Source: Pavona decussata (taxonomy: Eukaryota). From it: DNA of 64,000 nt. The stretch covers positions 1,054,001 to 1,118,000 of the forward strand of contig CDRNST010000191.1 in NCBI GenBank assembly GCA_977016875.1, written 5' to 3'. Positions 1-10,986 of this stretch are shown here, piece after piece. The notes beneath the pieces are model-generated. The model did no database searches, was not told the DNA's origin, and saw only the letters and a program-made list of their open reading frames with translations. The position numbers and the translations under genes were made by a program. Positions within the stretch are counted from its first letter, which is position 1. Each line of letters opens with the position of its first letter.

Positions 1-2
1 TG

Positions 3-314
3 ATTCCGGTTCGCTGTCGAAAGCCACCGACTGCGGAGTGTTCGAAGAAATGTTTTCCTAAAGTGAAATCAGCAACGAACAAACAAGATCATAAGAAAGA
101 CTTAAACAAAGGCTGCCACAGTGCACCACAGGCTAAGACTCTACCGAACAACGCAGAATGCTGCAAAGGAAACAGCAGTGCTTGTTCCAAAGAAAAGAAA
201 AAGAAACGAAAGAAAAAGAAAGTTCCGCATCCCGTGAAATCGAAACCGAAGCTTAAACCTGTAATTGATTTTGGCCCGTTCAGACCCATTAGCTCAAAAT
301 ATTTGATAACCTAA
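3..314 (+). CDS. Probable 3' end of an upstream gene (Lys/Cys-rich C-terminus), partial
   Basis: Frame is open from position 3 to TAA at 312-314 (IPVRCRKPPTAECSKKCFPKV...KKKKVPHP...SSKYLIT*). AATAAA at 500-505. No recognisable domain. Confidence 0.35.
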   Translation: MPVRCRKPPTAECSKKCFPKVKSATNKQDHKKDLNKGCHSAPQAKTLPNNAECCKGNSSACSKEKKKKRKKKKVPHPVKSKPKLKPVIDFGPFRPISSKYLIT

Positions 315-711
315 CAACGTAATCAATAGTATTCAATTCGCGTAGTTCTCGTGTAGCAAATATTTTGAGAAACTAGGACAATATTGTTACTCTGCTGCAG
401 CCCACCAGCTTGTACGATTTTCTCTCTATTTATTTACATTGCGTATTAATAATTTCCTTTTTCGAATCAGATGTCTCCTTGTGAACACCTTAATCCGGCA
501 ATAAACAATTGGATATCAAGTCATCCGTGAGCTGGAACTTTCTACAGTCACGTTCTACTGTATTTATTTTGGCATTGTAAATATATCTGATCAAGGCAAC
601 CCAATGATTCATTTTGGAGAATATCTTTCCTGCAAGCCAAAATCACCTCGATGGTACAAGTATCATTTTAAGATTTTTATATTGCGGAGCAATCTTAGCA
701 TTCTGTTTCCC

Positions 712-785
712 CAGGAGCTTATCACCCGGAGCCTCCATCTACCCTATACAGGGGCAACAGCGTATTTACACCTTGGGCTATTTTT
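712..785 (+). repeat. Left bipartite terminal inverted repeat
   Basis: CAGGAGCTTATCACCCGGAGCCTCCATCT (712-740), a 16-bp spacer, then ACAGCGTATTTACACCTTGGGCTATTTTT (757-785). Each block matches the right end with 1 mismatch. Confidence 0.93.
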
Positions 786-1284
786 AGGATTGAGCATTTC
801 CCGCGAAATTTGTTACATGATACCTTTTGCGTCCGCATTTGAACATTGAAAAAAAAATGGTGGACAGAAGGCAATAGTTTTGCAAGGAGGTGGTAGCGCA
901 ACTCCACCGTTCCAAGTCCTTTATTTTGCTCTCGTCGATTCCCCCCTTTTCCTAATAAACTACCCATGATACAATGCGGTGTTTTGTGATCTTCATGTAC
1001 AAGAGCGATGGGAAATGGCCGGGAAGTTTGTGTCCGCGTGAAGACATTTGGGCTTGTGGAGGCGTCTTGTCTTTGAGGGGATACAGGTTTTTCGTTCATT
1101 TCCTGTTGGTTCTTTTACATTTTTACACGTTCGTATCGACTATATGAATAATAGAATTGAATTGAGGAATACTAAACACACCGTTGTGTGCGCTCCAGCG
1201 TGTCCGTGAATGTTAGCAAAAAGCTTGTGCAGAAGTTGATTTTCATCTTGGCTTCCGCTGCTGGTAGCGTCTTTCAACTTATAA

Positions 1285-4200
1285 ATGAAGCGTTTTGGCA
1301 AAACAGTTTTTTCAGGAGATCAGACGCAGGAAAAGTTTGCGAAAAAGAGCGACGATTCTGGATCTTGTACGCCTTCCAACGATGGCAATGTTCCGGCCTC
1401 TACTTCGAGCTCGCCTTCGACTTCTGAAGGACGTCCTCTCTCAATAAAGAGCCTCTTGAGACAGAAAATCCAGGGAAAACTCAGTACCGAAAAGGAATCT
1501 GGTGATTCATCGAGCAGAGAACGAAGGCAACTCGACGAGTGGTGTGGGAATTTGAAAACATCTGGATTTATTTGCGAAGTGATTTCCTTGACCGATCGTT
1601 ACTCGCCATTTCTTCATGAAGAAAATAATGACATCCCTGGTTCATCAGCGTTAGTAGTTTACCCATCTAAGGATCATACGTACAGCAGTGAAACGGGACC
1701 TTTCCAGCCGGTAAGACTTGTCATTTTCCCCGATGGTTCTTGGCGTTTGCAGTGTCCTATCTATGAATTTCAGGATGTGTCAAAAGGGAAACTTTCGCCT
1801 TTCAGTTGTGAAGAAGTGCTTTCTCTAGTCTCTAGTTGGTTTACCCAGTACCACGCGTTGTGTCCTGGTCTAATTGGTCTAGAAGATGTTGAAGGTAAAC
1901 TGGGTTATATTCCTAAAAATGTGAGAGTACTAGCAGACCCTGTTAAGATTGTGCAGGCGGTTTCTTGTAAAGTTTGGCATGTTCCAAGCTCCCAAGCACG
2001 TAAGGATGAGTCTGATGCAAGAAGGTTTCATGTTTGTGGAGAATGTCTCAGAGCACATAGCTATGTTCAACGGCGAATTACTGAAAAAAACAATGTCGAT
2101 ACACCAACTAAATGTAAACGTCAAAGCCCTTCGAGCAACTATCCCATCAAATACCTCTCTCCGAACAGCAAACAGAAGCGCTACTCCCATCTGAAGAATG
2201 ACCGACTGCGCCTTAAAAGGAGAGTTGACCGGTTCTACAAGAAGACCAAAATTGAGCTTCCAGAGAACCAATCCATTGAGCTTTGTCAACTTGTAGAAGC
2301 CATCGAAGATTCAGAAGATGGGAAAGACGAATTGAAAAAGATAGTGATGGAAGGAAATGCATTAAAGGACAACAAAGGAAATTCCTCTGGTGTTATCTTG
2401 GAAGAAGTGTGGAAAAAGGACCGTGTAAGTTTCTTTAAAGATCAGCAAAGAAATGGTAAGTTGTTGTATCTCTCATTAATAATTAGATTATGAGCTGAGA
2501 TTAGTTCCTACTATGTGATAAATGACAAGGGCACATCCCAAATCAGCTATCGCACATAGAATTGAGAGCAAATCATTGGTCTCAATACTTTAAATAGTAA
2601 ATAGTATAAATCTCCACTAAGGAAAAGGTAGATTATGATCATTAACAATGTAACAGAAATAGGTCAGGTCAGGTGCATGTGTTTGGCTTATTGCTTTTTC
2701 ATTTGCTTTTTAGTAACTGGTAAAAGAGGAAACAGGTGGTCCCTGGCTACCATACGAGTTGGTAAGCTCTAAGAATGGCTTTGATTTAGAAATCTGCATC
2801 AATTTTGCTTTGAAACAACATTGTTTGATTATGTAATTCATCCTTAATTACATCCTCAATTTGCCATGCACAGTGGAAGCCTTGGTCATACATGCAGCTT
2901 CTCTGATGTTTTGCTGCTAATATTTATGACTACCTTTATATTGTTATTGCATGGTTTTATGATTGCTTCTTAGCTCTTGCAGTTTTCACCAGAAGCCCCT
3001 CTGCATTTGACGCACTTCATGGTCTCAAAATCCTTCAGCTTCCTTGCTCTAAAGTCCTTAGGAAAGTTTTGAAAGATGGCGCCGAAAATGCTGGTATCGA
3101 TGAGGAGTACCTTAAGGCACAGAGTTGTAAATTTCAAAGTTACCAAGAGCAGCGAGAGAATGACCATCATCCTAGACCACTTGGAATTGGAGTAATGATG
3201 TGGGATGAAGTTAAGGTATATAGAGTACATATGGTTGAATTGTGATACCAAGACACATCCAGATTGTGGATGTAGATCTGGTTCCTGATGTACCTTTGGT
3301 ATTTAATTTCAGGTCCAAATGAAGGTTGCCTGGAACTTGAAGGGTGGAGGAATAACAGGCTTCACCATACCGGAGGATGAGCTAAAAGTGCTGCATGATG
3401 TTTACACCTCCACAGTGGAAGGTGGTGCCAAGAAGGCCAGCTACATCATACAGTTCTTATGGAGAGATCTCACCTCTGGATATGATCTAGTGGGACCATA
3501 TTTTCCCATTGAGGCTTCCATCACATCTAATACTCTCCAAGAATTTGTCATGCTGTGCTTGAAAGCATTCACATCATATGGCTTCAAAGTGGCAATCATC
3601 CTGTGTGATGGAGCTTCTTCTAACCTCACAGTATTGAAGATCCTTACTGGTTATGAAAGAAAAGAACTTCCAGTAAATGAGGCAGCTGACAACTTGCGTG
3701 ATAAGTTTTTCTTGGATATTTCTTTTCCTAATCCAGAGGATCCCTATGGCAGGCCCATATTTGTCATGATATGCCCAAGTCATCAGGTTGTAATTCTTAA
3801 GATGAACAAAAAGGTGTTCCAATTTAATAAAGTTTCAATTGGATTTTTTTTTTGTTCAGATCCAACAGCTTACAGTTTTGAAACTACTTGACAGTCCATT
3901 ACCTGCACTTCTTGTTGATCTTTGCAATGATGAAAATTTACATTGTACATTATGATTTGTAATCTAGACTTGTTAGTGTTGTAAATATGATTCGACCATC
4001 ACAGACACTGACAGGTAGAAATATAGTGGGAACCGAATGAACATGTTTCGGCATGAGTATGCACAAAATAATAATATAATGATGATATATTATCATAATT
4101 TTTTTTGTTCTTTTAGCTAAAGAACATGATAGCAGCATTATACAGCTCCAGGCTTAATGGTTCCAAATCATTCACTCGTGCGGGGTCAACATTTGGATGG

Positions 4201-6698
4201 GAAACCATTGAAAAGGTTTTCAGAGAAGAAATGACTAGAGCTGAAACTGGGAGAAGCCGCAAAGTGCCTGGACTGAAATATGCCTTTGTGTACAGAGACA
4301 ACTGGACTCGTCTGAATGTGAGACCAGCCAAGATTATGCAGGTACATGATATTGGCGTGCATGAAATCGAACCCAAGCAGTTTCAAAAATAATGCTTGGA
4401 ATTAAAGTTTAGCTGTCAAAAATTAAGGACTTGAATATATGACCACATAGCTTATAGTTATATCATATGACATTGTGCTGCCTTGCATGCAGTCTAGTCT
4501 TGTTTAGGGTACAGTTAGGCCCTCCCTAGCAGTCTAAAAATCAGGTTAAAATCACATGCGGCTCCCATTTAATAGTAAAAGATTTATACTTCTGTGCACT
4601 GATCAAGAAACAGGTAGACATGAAAATACACTGGACAGGTTTAAAATTAGTTCATTTTATGCTTACCGGTAAATGCTTCCTTTAATAATTTCAGCAACGA
4701 TTTATGATAGCAGCCATCAAGGATCTCACAGGCCCATCACCACAACAAGTAGCAAGATATTTAGATGCCTGCAACCTCATTTTTGAAGAAGGATTGTTGA
4801 GTCGGCGGAGGATAAACAGTCTTCAGAGCCCTGTCCTGGCTAATATTAGAAAAGGCATGGAGTTCTTTGAAGGATGGCACAATACCCACTCTGAGACAGG
4901 TATTTATGTTTATTTATAATTTACAGAATGGTTGCTTGTTGTGCTGTGATAATGGGGTTGCATGGACAAATTCAAACGTTTCTACCACTAGTAGGGTTAC
5001 AGATGCCATGAGTGCTTTCAAATGTGCCAAACTCCCTTGAGTGTTTACAGCTCAGGATAACACAGTGGCAATTTTGCATTTGTATTATCAGTCACATCTG
5101 ACAACCCTGATCATAGTATTTATTATCCAATGACTGGTATCAGATGTAATAATTAACCCTTTTTTCACTGAGATGGAGGTGAATAGTCATGGGTATTTAT
5201 ACCTAGAGATTGCATAATAAATCAGAATGTGTATAAAGTACTATTTACTTCTGTGGTATATGTACAAATAAATATTGTTCATGTAAGTAATAAAGGAGTT
5301 TCAACAGGCCGCAAAATTCTTGGTATAATTGCCCTAAAATTTATTGTTGGGGTATGAATTATTGTGTACTTACACTTATTGTGTACTTACAGTAATTTTG
5401 TTCTACTTTTTTTCTTGTATTAAATAGTTTATATTTGTATATCTATTCAACAGTGTATCCTGATAACTCAAAGAAGGCAAGGCAGAAGAGATTTCTTGCT
5501 TGGCAGGTCAGTGTCACTTAATCTTTCTTTGCACTGTTCCAGCTAACATAATTTATATAATATGTGCACATGTGTATGTGTTTGAGGTGTTTTACTGGTA
5601 AGAGACTTTGTGATGTATTGTTTGCTGTCAGCAGACACGTCTTGAAAATTATAGTATAGTTATGCTCAGTGAGCATCCACTTGAGGACTTGCATGTGAAT
5701 TGAACTGCTCAATTGTATTGTAACTTTCAACGCACTAACAACATGCCACTTTTTTTCAGACATGGGACCTCCTGCGAATTGTTGTCTATGGCTTTCTTGC
5801 ATTCTGTGAATGGTTTTTCACGAATGTGTCTCCAGATGGGAAGTACTTTATAAGCCCATTGAGAATAAATGGGAGTGCTTTAGAATCTGTTTTTAGTGTT
5901 CTAAAGCACACCAGTGGGGGAAACCTTTCAGCTTTGAACTATGGGCCTAGTCTTGGGAGGTTCATTTACAGGAAAGGGCAGGTAGTTGTCAACCAAAACT
6001 CTGAGACAGGCTACCGTGATGTAACTTTGAATTTAGATGGAGAACATTCTCATGTAAATAGTCATTTAATCCAGGTCAAAGGCAACCGTGTAAATAATAA
6101 CTTATGCCAGTATAAATTCCCCTTGGAGATCTCTCAGTCAACAATAGGAGGGAGGCAAGGTAGTAATGCTTGCACTTTAATAGCGATACAATTTGGGGCA
6201 TACTGTTTCAAAGAACAACTCGACATTTCTCTTCTTTGGGAACAGCTGCCTCAAATTTGGACTAATTCATTTATCAATGCAATATGCGAAGGAAATGCAC
6301 TATATGATGAACTATATGGTGACACTGCAGTGTATCTTGATGTCGAGGATGTAGTGAATGCCGCTGGTGATGAATGCTGCATTGAGTCCATTTCCCCATT
6401 ATATGGGTTTACTGATGCGGACCAGTTCAGTGAATTGATTGAGCATGTGAGCCAGTCCTTAACCAAAGATAGGTATGGTGTTATGATAGGATGTAATCGA
6501 ACTGTTGGTGTTTTCATAAAACAAAGTGGTATATGTGCACTTATTGACAGCCACCAAGACATTGGAACCAACAGTGGGGCAGTCATATCAATAGCAAGTT
6601 CGTTTAAATTTGCAATTCTTGAATATACAAGAATGCTGAAAGATGTTCACTCAGTACAGCAGTTCACAGGCACATTAACATGGATTGAATTCATGTAA
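1285..6698 (+). CDS. P-element/THAP9-like DDE transposase (~1118 aa, 8 exons) with a C-terminal putative cysteine-protease (C76/herpes USP-like) domain
   Basis: Exons built by hand, all GT-AG and phase-consistent: 1285-2455, 2714-2761, 2974-3215, 3313-3786, 4117-4341, 4695-4899, 5454-5506, 5760-6698 (3357 nt). Motifs: [26 protein letters not shown]...[10 protein letters not shown]; WDEVK (D at 3204); CDGASSN (D at 3607); CPSHQLKN; RLNVRPA; FLAWQTWD; [10 protein letters not shown] (E at 5883). C-terminus: SQS...GSNAC...GNALY...YLDVED...LIDSH. Confidence 0.88.
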
Positions 6699-6883
6699 AT
6701 TTGTTGTGTGCCTTTTATCACTGCTTCTATGGAATATTGAAAGTATACAGTTTATGTTGTGACTTAATTTTGTACAAACAATAACAATTAATTTTATAAT
6801 GAACAATGTAAGGAAATAATTTTTACCTAGGCCATGTAAATACCTTTCATACAAATAAGGGGTTACTGTACATACTATGTTCA

Positions 6884-6899
6884 AATAAAGGAATTTATT
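6884..6899. terminator. Back-to-back poly(A) signals between the two convergent transposon genes
   Basis: AATAAA (6884-6889, + strand), GGAA, then TTTATT (6894-6899, which is AATAAA on the - strand). Confidence 0.4.
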
Positions 6900-7195
6900 A
6901 CAAGCTAACTGTTGATGATACATTCATACAACAAAATTTTATTCAACGACTAGTTTTATCTGATTGCTAAACAAATTACGTGCCCTGATGACCCTGAGCA
7001 ATGTAGAATTTACCGGAATGAAATTACAGGATATGACCAAAATCCTGCGTAGGCAAAATAAAGTTAAAGTTTGTTGTTGTTACATCATTTTTCCCACGCA
7101 GGCTTAATTTACCTCCAAAGGCCAACTCGATTAAAGCGTAATTATACCTCACGTGCCATTGCTAGTAATATGAAGCGAGCAAGGTCATCCATTGT

Positions 7196-8542
7196 TCATT
7201 TTTTTTTGCGCTTGGAAACTATCGCGTATGATTTTAGTTTAGGTCTAAGCATTTCGTCTGCGTCCACCACTTTTCCTTGTACTTTCAAATCTCTCTCAAC
7301 TTTAGCGTTAAGAAACTCGTTTATCCTCGTGTTTGCTAGCTTCGAAACTAGTACCCGATAAAGTCTGTCTACAACAGATGCTTCCATTGCACATTCAACT
7401 TCGGGCAGCAATGAGCCCACAAGTTCTCTAAAATCCGTTTCCAAACGCTCATTGTTTTTAACACAGTTCTGACACATTTGCAGAAACTTTGATGGGTATT
7501 TCCGCAAATTACTGTCTGTGGTGAATTCTCGAACTTCGTTGTCCACCGAACGCAAGAAAAATATAAGTTCATCCCTAGGAAATATTAACTTGCCCGCGTC
7601 TAGGTTTTTTAAACTCTGGGAAATACCCGATTTGTCTTTCATGACAAGACCCTCCAAAATTTCCAGCTCTTTAGTCATAATAGGTCTTTTTTCAGAAGAC
7701 GGTTTTATGCGCTTCTTTTTCCCAGCCAGGGATTCTCGGCGTAATTTCAACATTCTTTGAAGCGCTGCTCCACAATATCGGTACAATGTATCGTCCGATT
7801 CTTTGCTCAGCTGTCTCGCACTACTACTGCTCTCAGCAGTGGAATGCTCTTTCCGTGATCGAACGTGGTCGTGTATTAATGTGTACACCATCTCGTGGAT
7901 AACACTGAGGACTGAATGAACATCCTCGTGGGAGAATGATTTGGACGCCGGCAAACAACGCTCGATAACAATCCTCTCTTGTGACGTCTTTCCCGGCTGG
8001 AAATTAGATAACATTTTCATCCACGCTACGGAGAATGCAGCTTTCCTCTCTTTCGGTACATTACTACTATAACACTCTTTTGATAATGTAGCGAATTTCC
8101 TGCAAAAGCCGACGATCAACAGGCTGAAATTGTCCTTCTGCCCTTCGCTTGTCAAATGCAACGCGAAGTTTCTGCGCTGTTCGAAAGCTTTCAATCTGGT
8201 TGATTCTAAAAGCCGTTGGCGCAATTCGCTTTCTACTCTCTTAGCCTCTTCGGCGGAGAAAACCCAAGATGATAATTCATCCATTTCGGCAAAGCTGATT
8301 CCCCTTGCAACACTTTTTTCGGTAGTTTTGGCTTTTTTCTTTCGACTTCCACGTGCGGTCGTGTTCGTGGCTTGGGGTCTCTTTGTACCAGAGTTTGAAC
8401 CTTTAGCCGAGGGATTCTTAGTTCCACTGTCCGTTTCAGCAGTTTCGCTTTCTGAATAGCTTGATTCTAGCGAAGAAAGTTCATCGCTGACGTTTGAAAT
8501 TTCAGATTGACTATCAGAGAAGCACTCGCTTTGGTCCGCCAT
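7196..8542 (-). CDS. Second transposon-encoded protein (448 aa, intronless); Ser/acidic N-terminus, NLS-like basic patches, C-terminal part resembling a P/THAP9 transposase C-terminal domain
   Basis: Uninterrupted 1347-nt ORF inside the TIRs with start context AAAAATGGCG. Basic patches RGSRKKKAK and GKKKRIK. Motifs LYRYCGAALQRM and LDAGKLIFP...FLRSVDNEVREF. Confidence 0.8.
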   Translation of the reverse strand: MADQSECFSDSQSEISNVSDELSSLESSYSESETAETDSGTKNPSAKGSNSGTKRPQATNTTARGSRKKKAKTTEKSVARGISFAEMDELSSWVFSAEEAKRVESELRQRLLESTRLKAFEQRRNFALHLTSEGQKDNFSLLIVGFCRKFATLSKECYSSNVPKERKAAFSVAWMKMLSNFQPGKTSQERIVIERCLPASKSFSHEDVHSVLSVIHEMVYTLIHDHVRSRKEHSTAESSSSARQLSKESDDTLYRYCGAALQRMLKLRRESLAGKKKRIKPSSEKRPIMTKELEILEGLVMKDKSGISQSLKNLDAGKLIFPRDELIFFLRSVDNEVREFTTDSNLRKYPSKFLQMCQNCVKNNERLETDFRELVGSLLPEVECAMEASVVDRLYRVLVSKLANTRINEFLNAKVERDLKVQGKVVDADEMLRPKLKSYAIVSKRKKK

Positions 8543-8585
8543 TTTTTAATGAATGCGTAATAAAGGTAAAATGAAAACAACCACC

Positions 8586-8610
8586 TGATTGGTTGAAAGC
8601 TGTGGGCGGG
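8586..8610 (-). promoter_or_regulatory. Putative promoter of ORF2 (CCAAT box plus GC box)
   Basis: TGATTGG (CCAAT on the - strand) at ~8586-8592 and GGGCGG at ~8604-8609, 45-70 bp upstream of the ORF2 ATG and just inside the right TIR. Confidence 0.45.
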
Positions 8611-8658
8611 ATAGGGGTGTGTCCGACCGCGAAATATTATCCAAGTAAAAGTGGTTCC

Positions 8659-8735
8659 AAAAATAACCCAAGGTGTAAATACGCTGTGTCGTAGGGTCAG
8701 TATGGGAGATGGAGGCTCCGGGTTATAAGCTCCTG
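8659..8735 (-). repeat. Right bipartite terminal inverted repeat
   Basis: Inner block 8659-8687, a 19-bp spacer, outer block 8707-8735, followed by the TSD GTTTCCC. Confidence 0.93.
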
Positions 8736-10050
8736 GTTTCCCCCAATTATTCCCCAGTCATTTACGCCCCCCTCCCCCTCCCCCCTTTTCTGTTTTCTAT
8801 GGTGTTTTGTCACCTCACTATTGTTAAGAGTGCGAAAAAAGGACAGCTAGGTGGTTTTGGGAACGCCAACTGCAGCTCGTAAAATGATTGGACAGGAATC
8901 TTTTCCTCCAAAATTCTGCTCCTTAAAAATTCAGCCATTTGAAGGGGCACTATCATGGCAATTTTGCTGTATTTTGGTCAAAACTCATCAAATGTTTGAC
9001 AATGAACCTCTTTTTCTAACATGAAATTGCTCTTAGAGCGCCAGTAAGAAAATATTAAGTGATTTCTCAGACTGAGGATGAACTTTTTCAGTTAAATAGA
9101 GTTAAAAGTTACCATTGTATATTAAATTGGGAATAGTAGTTAATGTTTTGTTTTTGTTTGTTTGTTGTTTTTGTTGTTGTTGTTGTTGTTATACGACATG
9201 ACATGCATGATTTGCATGACTTGACCCGCATGAAGTATAGCAGCACGAAAGTCTATTATGAAAAATATGAGAAATAGCGTCAGGGGTTTAACCATTTCAA
9301 AAACGTTTTCTTAAATAGAATGAAATGTAAAAGCTACTAACAAAAAAGAGCCATATAAAAATGAACTTTGGTACAGAAAAAGAGTTATTTATAATTACCT
9401 TTAACAAAGGTATTTTAGTGTGCATAAAGAAACAGTTATCAGAATCGCTCGTTTTCGCTTTTTAATTTCTCGTGCGTCACCATTTCGATTTTATGAGGTC
9501 ACATGGTTGTAGCTAACTGTCAAAACAGAATCGAAGTTCTATAGCATGCAACAACTGGGCAGCCACCTGGCGTCATAAATTGGTAGGGAGCGCGAAATTT
9601 CAACGCGCAAATAGAGTAAAGGTTCCTTTTATAGGCTTCTGAAAACAGAACTTGTCTTGATAAATTTATATAATGATGTTCCCACTGAAAGCTTTTCATC
9701 GTTAATCAGCAAATGAGCAATTAATTTCATAGCAAATACAGATGGCCGCAATAAAGACTTAAATCATTGTAACATTTCCTTTCGGCTCTCTACCGAGAAA
9801 AAGTTTCGTTTGGGATCGTCCTTTGTGAAATTCCTGGATGCGCCTTTGAAATTTGGCCACTTTCAGGTTGTCATTTGTCTACAGATTGTTCCATCATGCA
9901 CCTTCAGCTTGGAAGAACAAATATATTTCTCGAGTGATGAAGTCTGTTTTTTAAATAGCTGTTTTGTAACTTGCTTTAACTGATATTTTAACTAGCTGGT
10001 GAAAAATGTTCTCTACGCAATTTTTTAGTTACTTGACCACGATAACTGAT

Positions 10051-10986
10051 TCATTTATTTACATAGTATGTTACAGTCCGTGAAAATCGCTGAGTCAAAA
10101 GTTCACACATCTTCCGGCAAATCGCCTCAAAGCCTTCGCGAAAGCATTGCAACCTTGATCCATAGATAACAAAGTTCATTGCAGAGTTCGACAGCGCCAG
10201 TGTTCTAATCCACATATACACCGGACCATAACGTTTGACAAGGAGTTTACCAGTGGATGCGACAATTACAAAAAATGGGGTCCATGAGGCAGTGAAAACA
10301 ACCATAACAATTGCTAAAGTAGTAGCGACGCGAACTTCAACGCGCGAGTTAACATCGCTGAAGGCATTTGTTCTCTTCCTGTGCCTAACCAATGATATTA
10401 CGATCATCAAGTAAGACAAGAAAACAATAAGATAAGCGAGGCCGAACATACCGAATCCAAGAAAACCTTTGGGAAAAGACGCAGGTAAGAACCGGTTCAA
10501 AACAGGAACTGTAATCGGGAATACCCAAGATACTATCAGCATAATCTTTAATCCATACCTTTCCATTATGAAATTATGGCGGAATGGGAACACAACAGCG
10601 ATAAAACGATCCACGCTGATTGCGGCCATGTGGACGACTGAGGCAGTACACGAAAACCTCGATAAAATTTGATTCGGCAGTTCCAGATCTGTTGCGCAGT
10701 CGTTCAAGAATGTTCTCTTGCCGAGGATTACCACAAACAGAGGCTGGCAGATCATGGTGACGATCAAATCAGCAAGGGCTAAGCTGAACAGAAGGAAGTT
10801 CGGACTTTGTCGAAGACGAGGATTTGAAACAACAGCCACGCAAAGCAGTATGTTACCGATTGTTCCCAACACACAAACCATAGCATTGGTTGTCATTAGG
10901 GCAATGCCATGAGCCACGGGAAATGAACAATCTTCCACGGAGTAGTTAACATTCGAATTGCTTGAGTTTGTTACTGAGTAATTCAT
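10051..10986 (-). CDS. Class A (rhodopsin-like) GPCR, cluster member 1
   Basis: 7TM motifs GN (TM1), SLALAD (TM2), DRF, SWTP and SNSAMNFVIY. First ATG (MNYS) is at 10986; the ORF track starts upstream at a non-ATG codon. Confidence 0.92.
   Translation of the reverse strand: MNYSVTNSSNSNVNYSVEDCSFPVAHGIALMTTNAMVCVLGTIGNILLCVAVVSNPRLRQSPNFLLFSLALADLIVTMICQPLFVVILGKRTFLNDCATDLELPNQILSRFSCTASVVHMAAISVDRFIAVVFPFRHNFIMERYGLKIMLIVSWVFPITVPVLNRFLPASFPKGFLGFGMFGLAYLIVFLSYLMIVISLVRHRKRTNAFSDVNSRVEVRVATTLAIVMVVFTASWTPFFVIVASTGKLLVKRYGPVYMWIRTLALSNSAMNFVIYGSRLQCFREGFEAICRKMCELLTQRFSRTVTYYVNK

Larger units (their letters stand above)
712..8735. mobile_element. Full-length P-element-superfamily DNA transposon (8024 bp) carrying two convergent genes
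   Basis: TIRs at 712-740 and 8707-8735 (28/29 identical), CA...TG ends, identical 7-bp flanks GTTTCCC at 705-711 and 8736-8742, and an internal DDE transposase with P-type motifs. Confidence 0.92.

Noticed and set aside
604-1099. ORFs 604-849 (+) and 722-1099 (-)
   Set aside because: They overlap the transposon's left TIR and subterminal region and show no domain features; probably chance ORFs.
1285-6698. Treating ORFs 1285, 3319, 4126, 4704 and 5826 as separate genes
   Set aside because: They join through canonical, phase-compatible introns into one transposase CDS.
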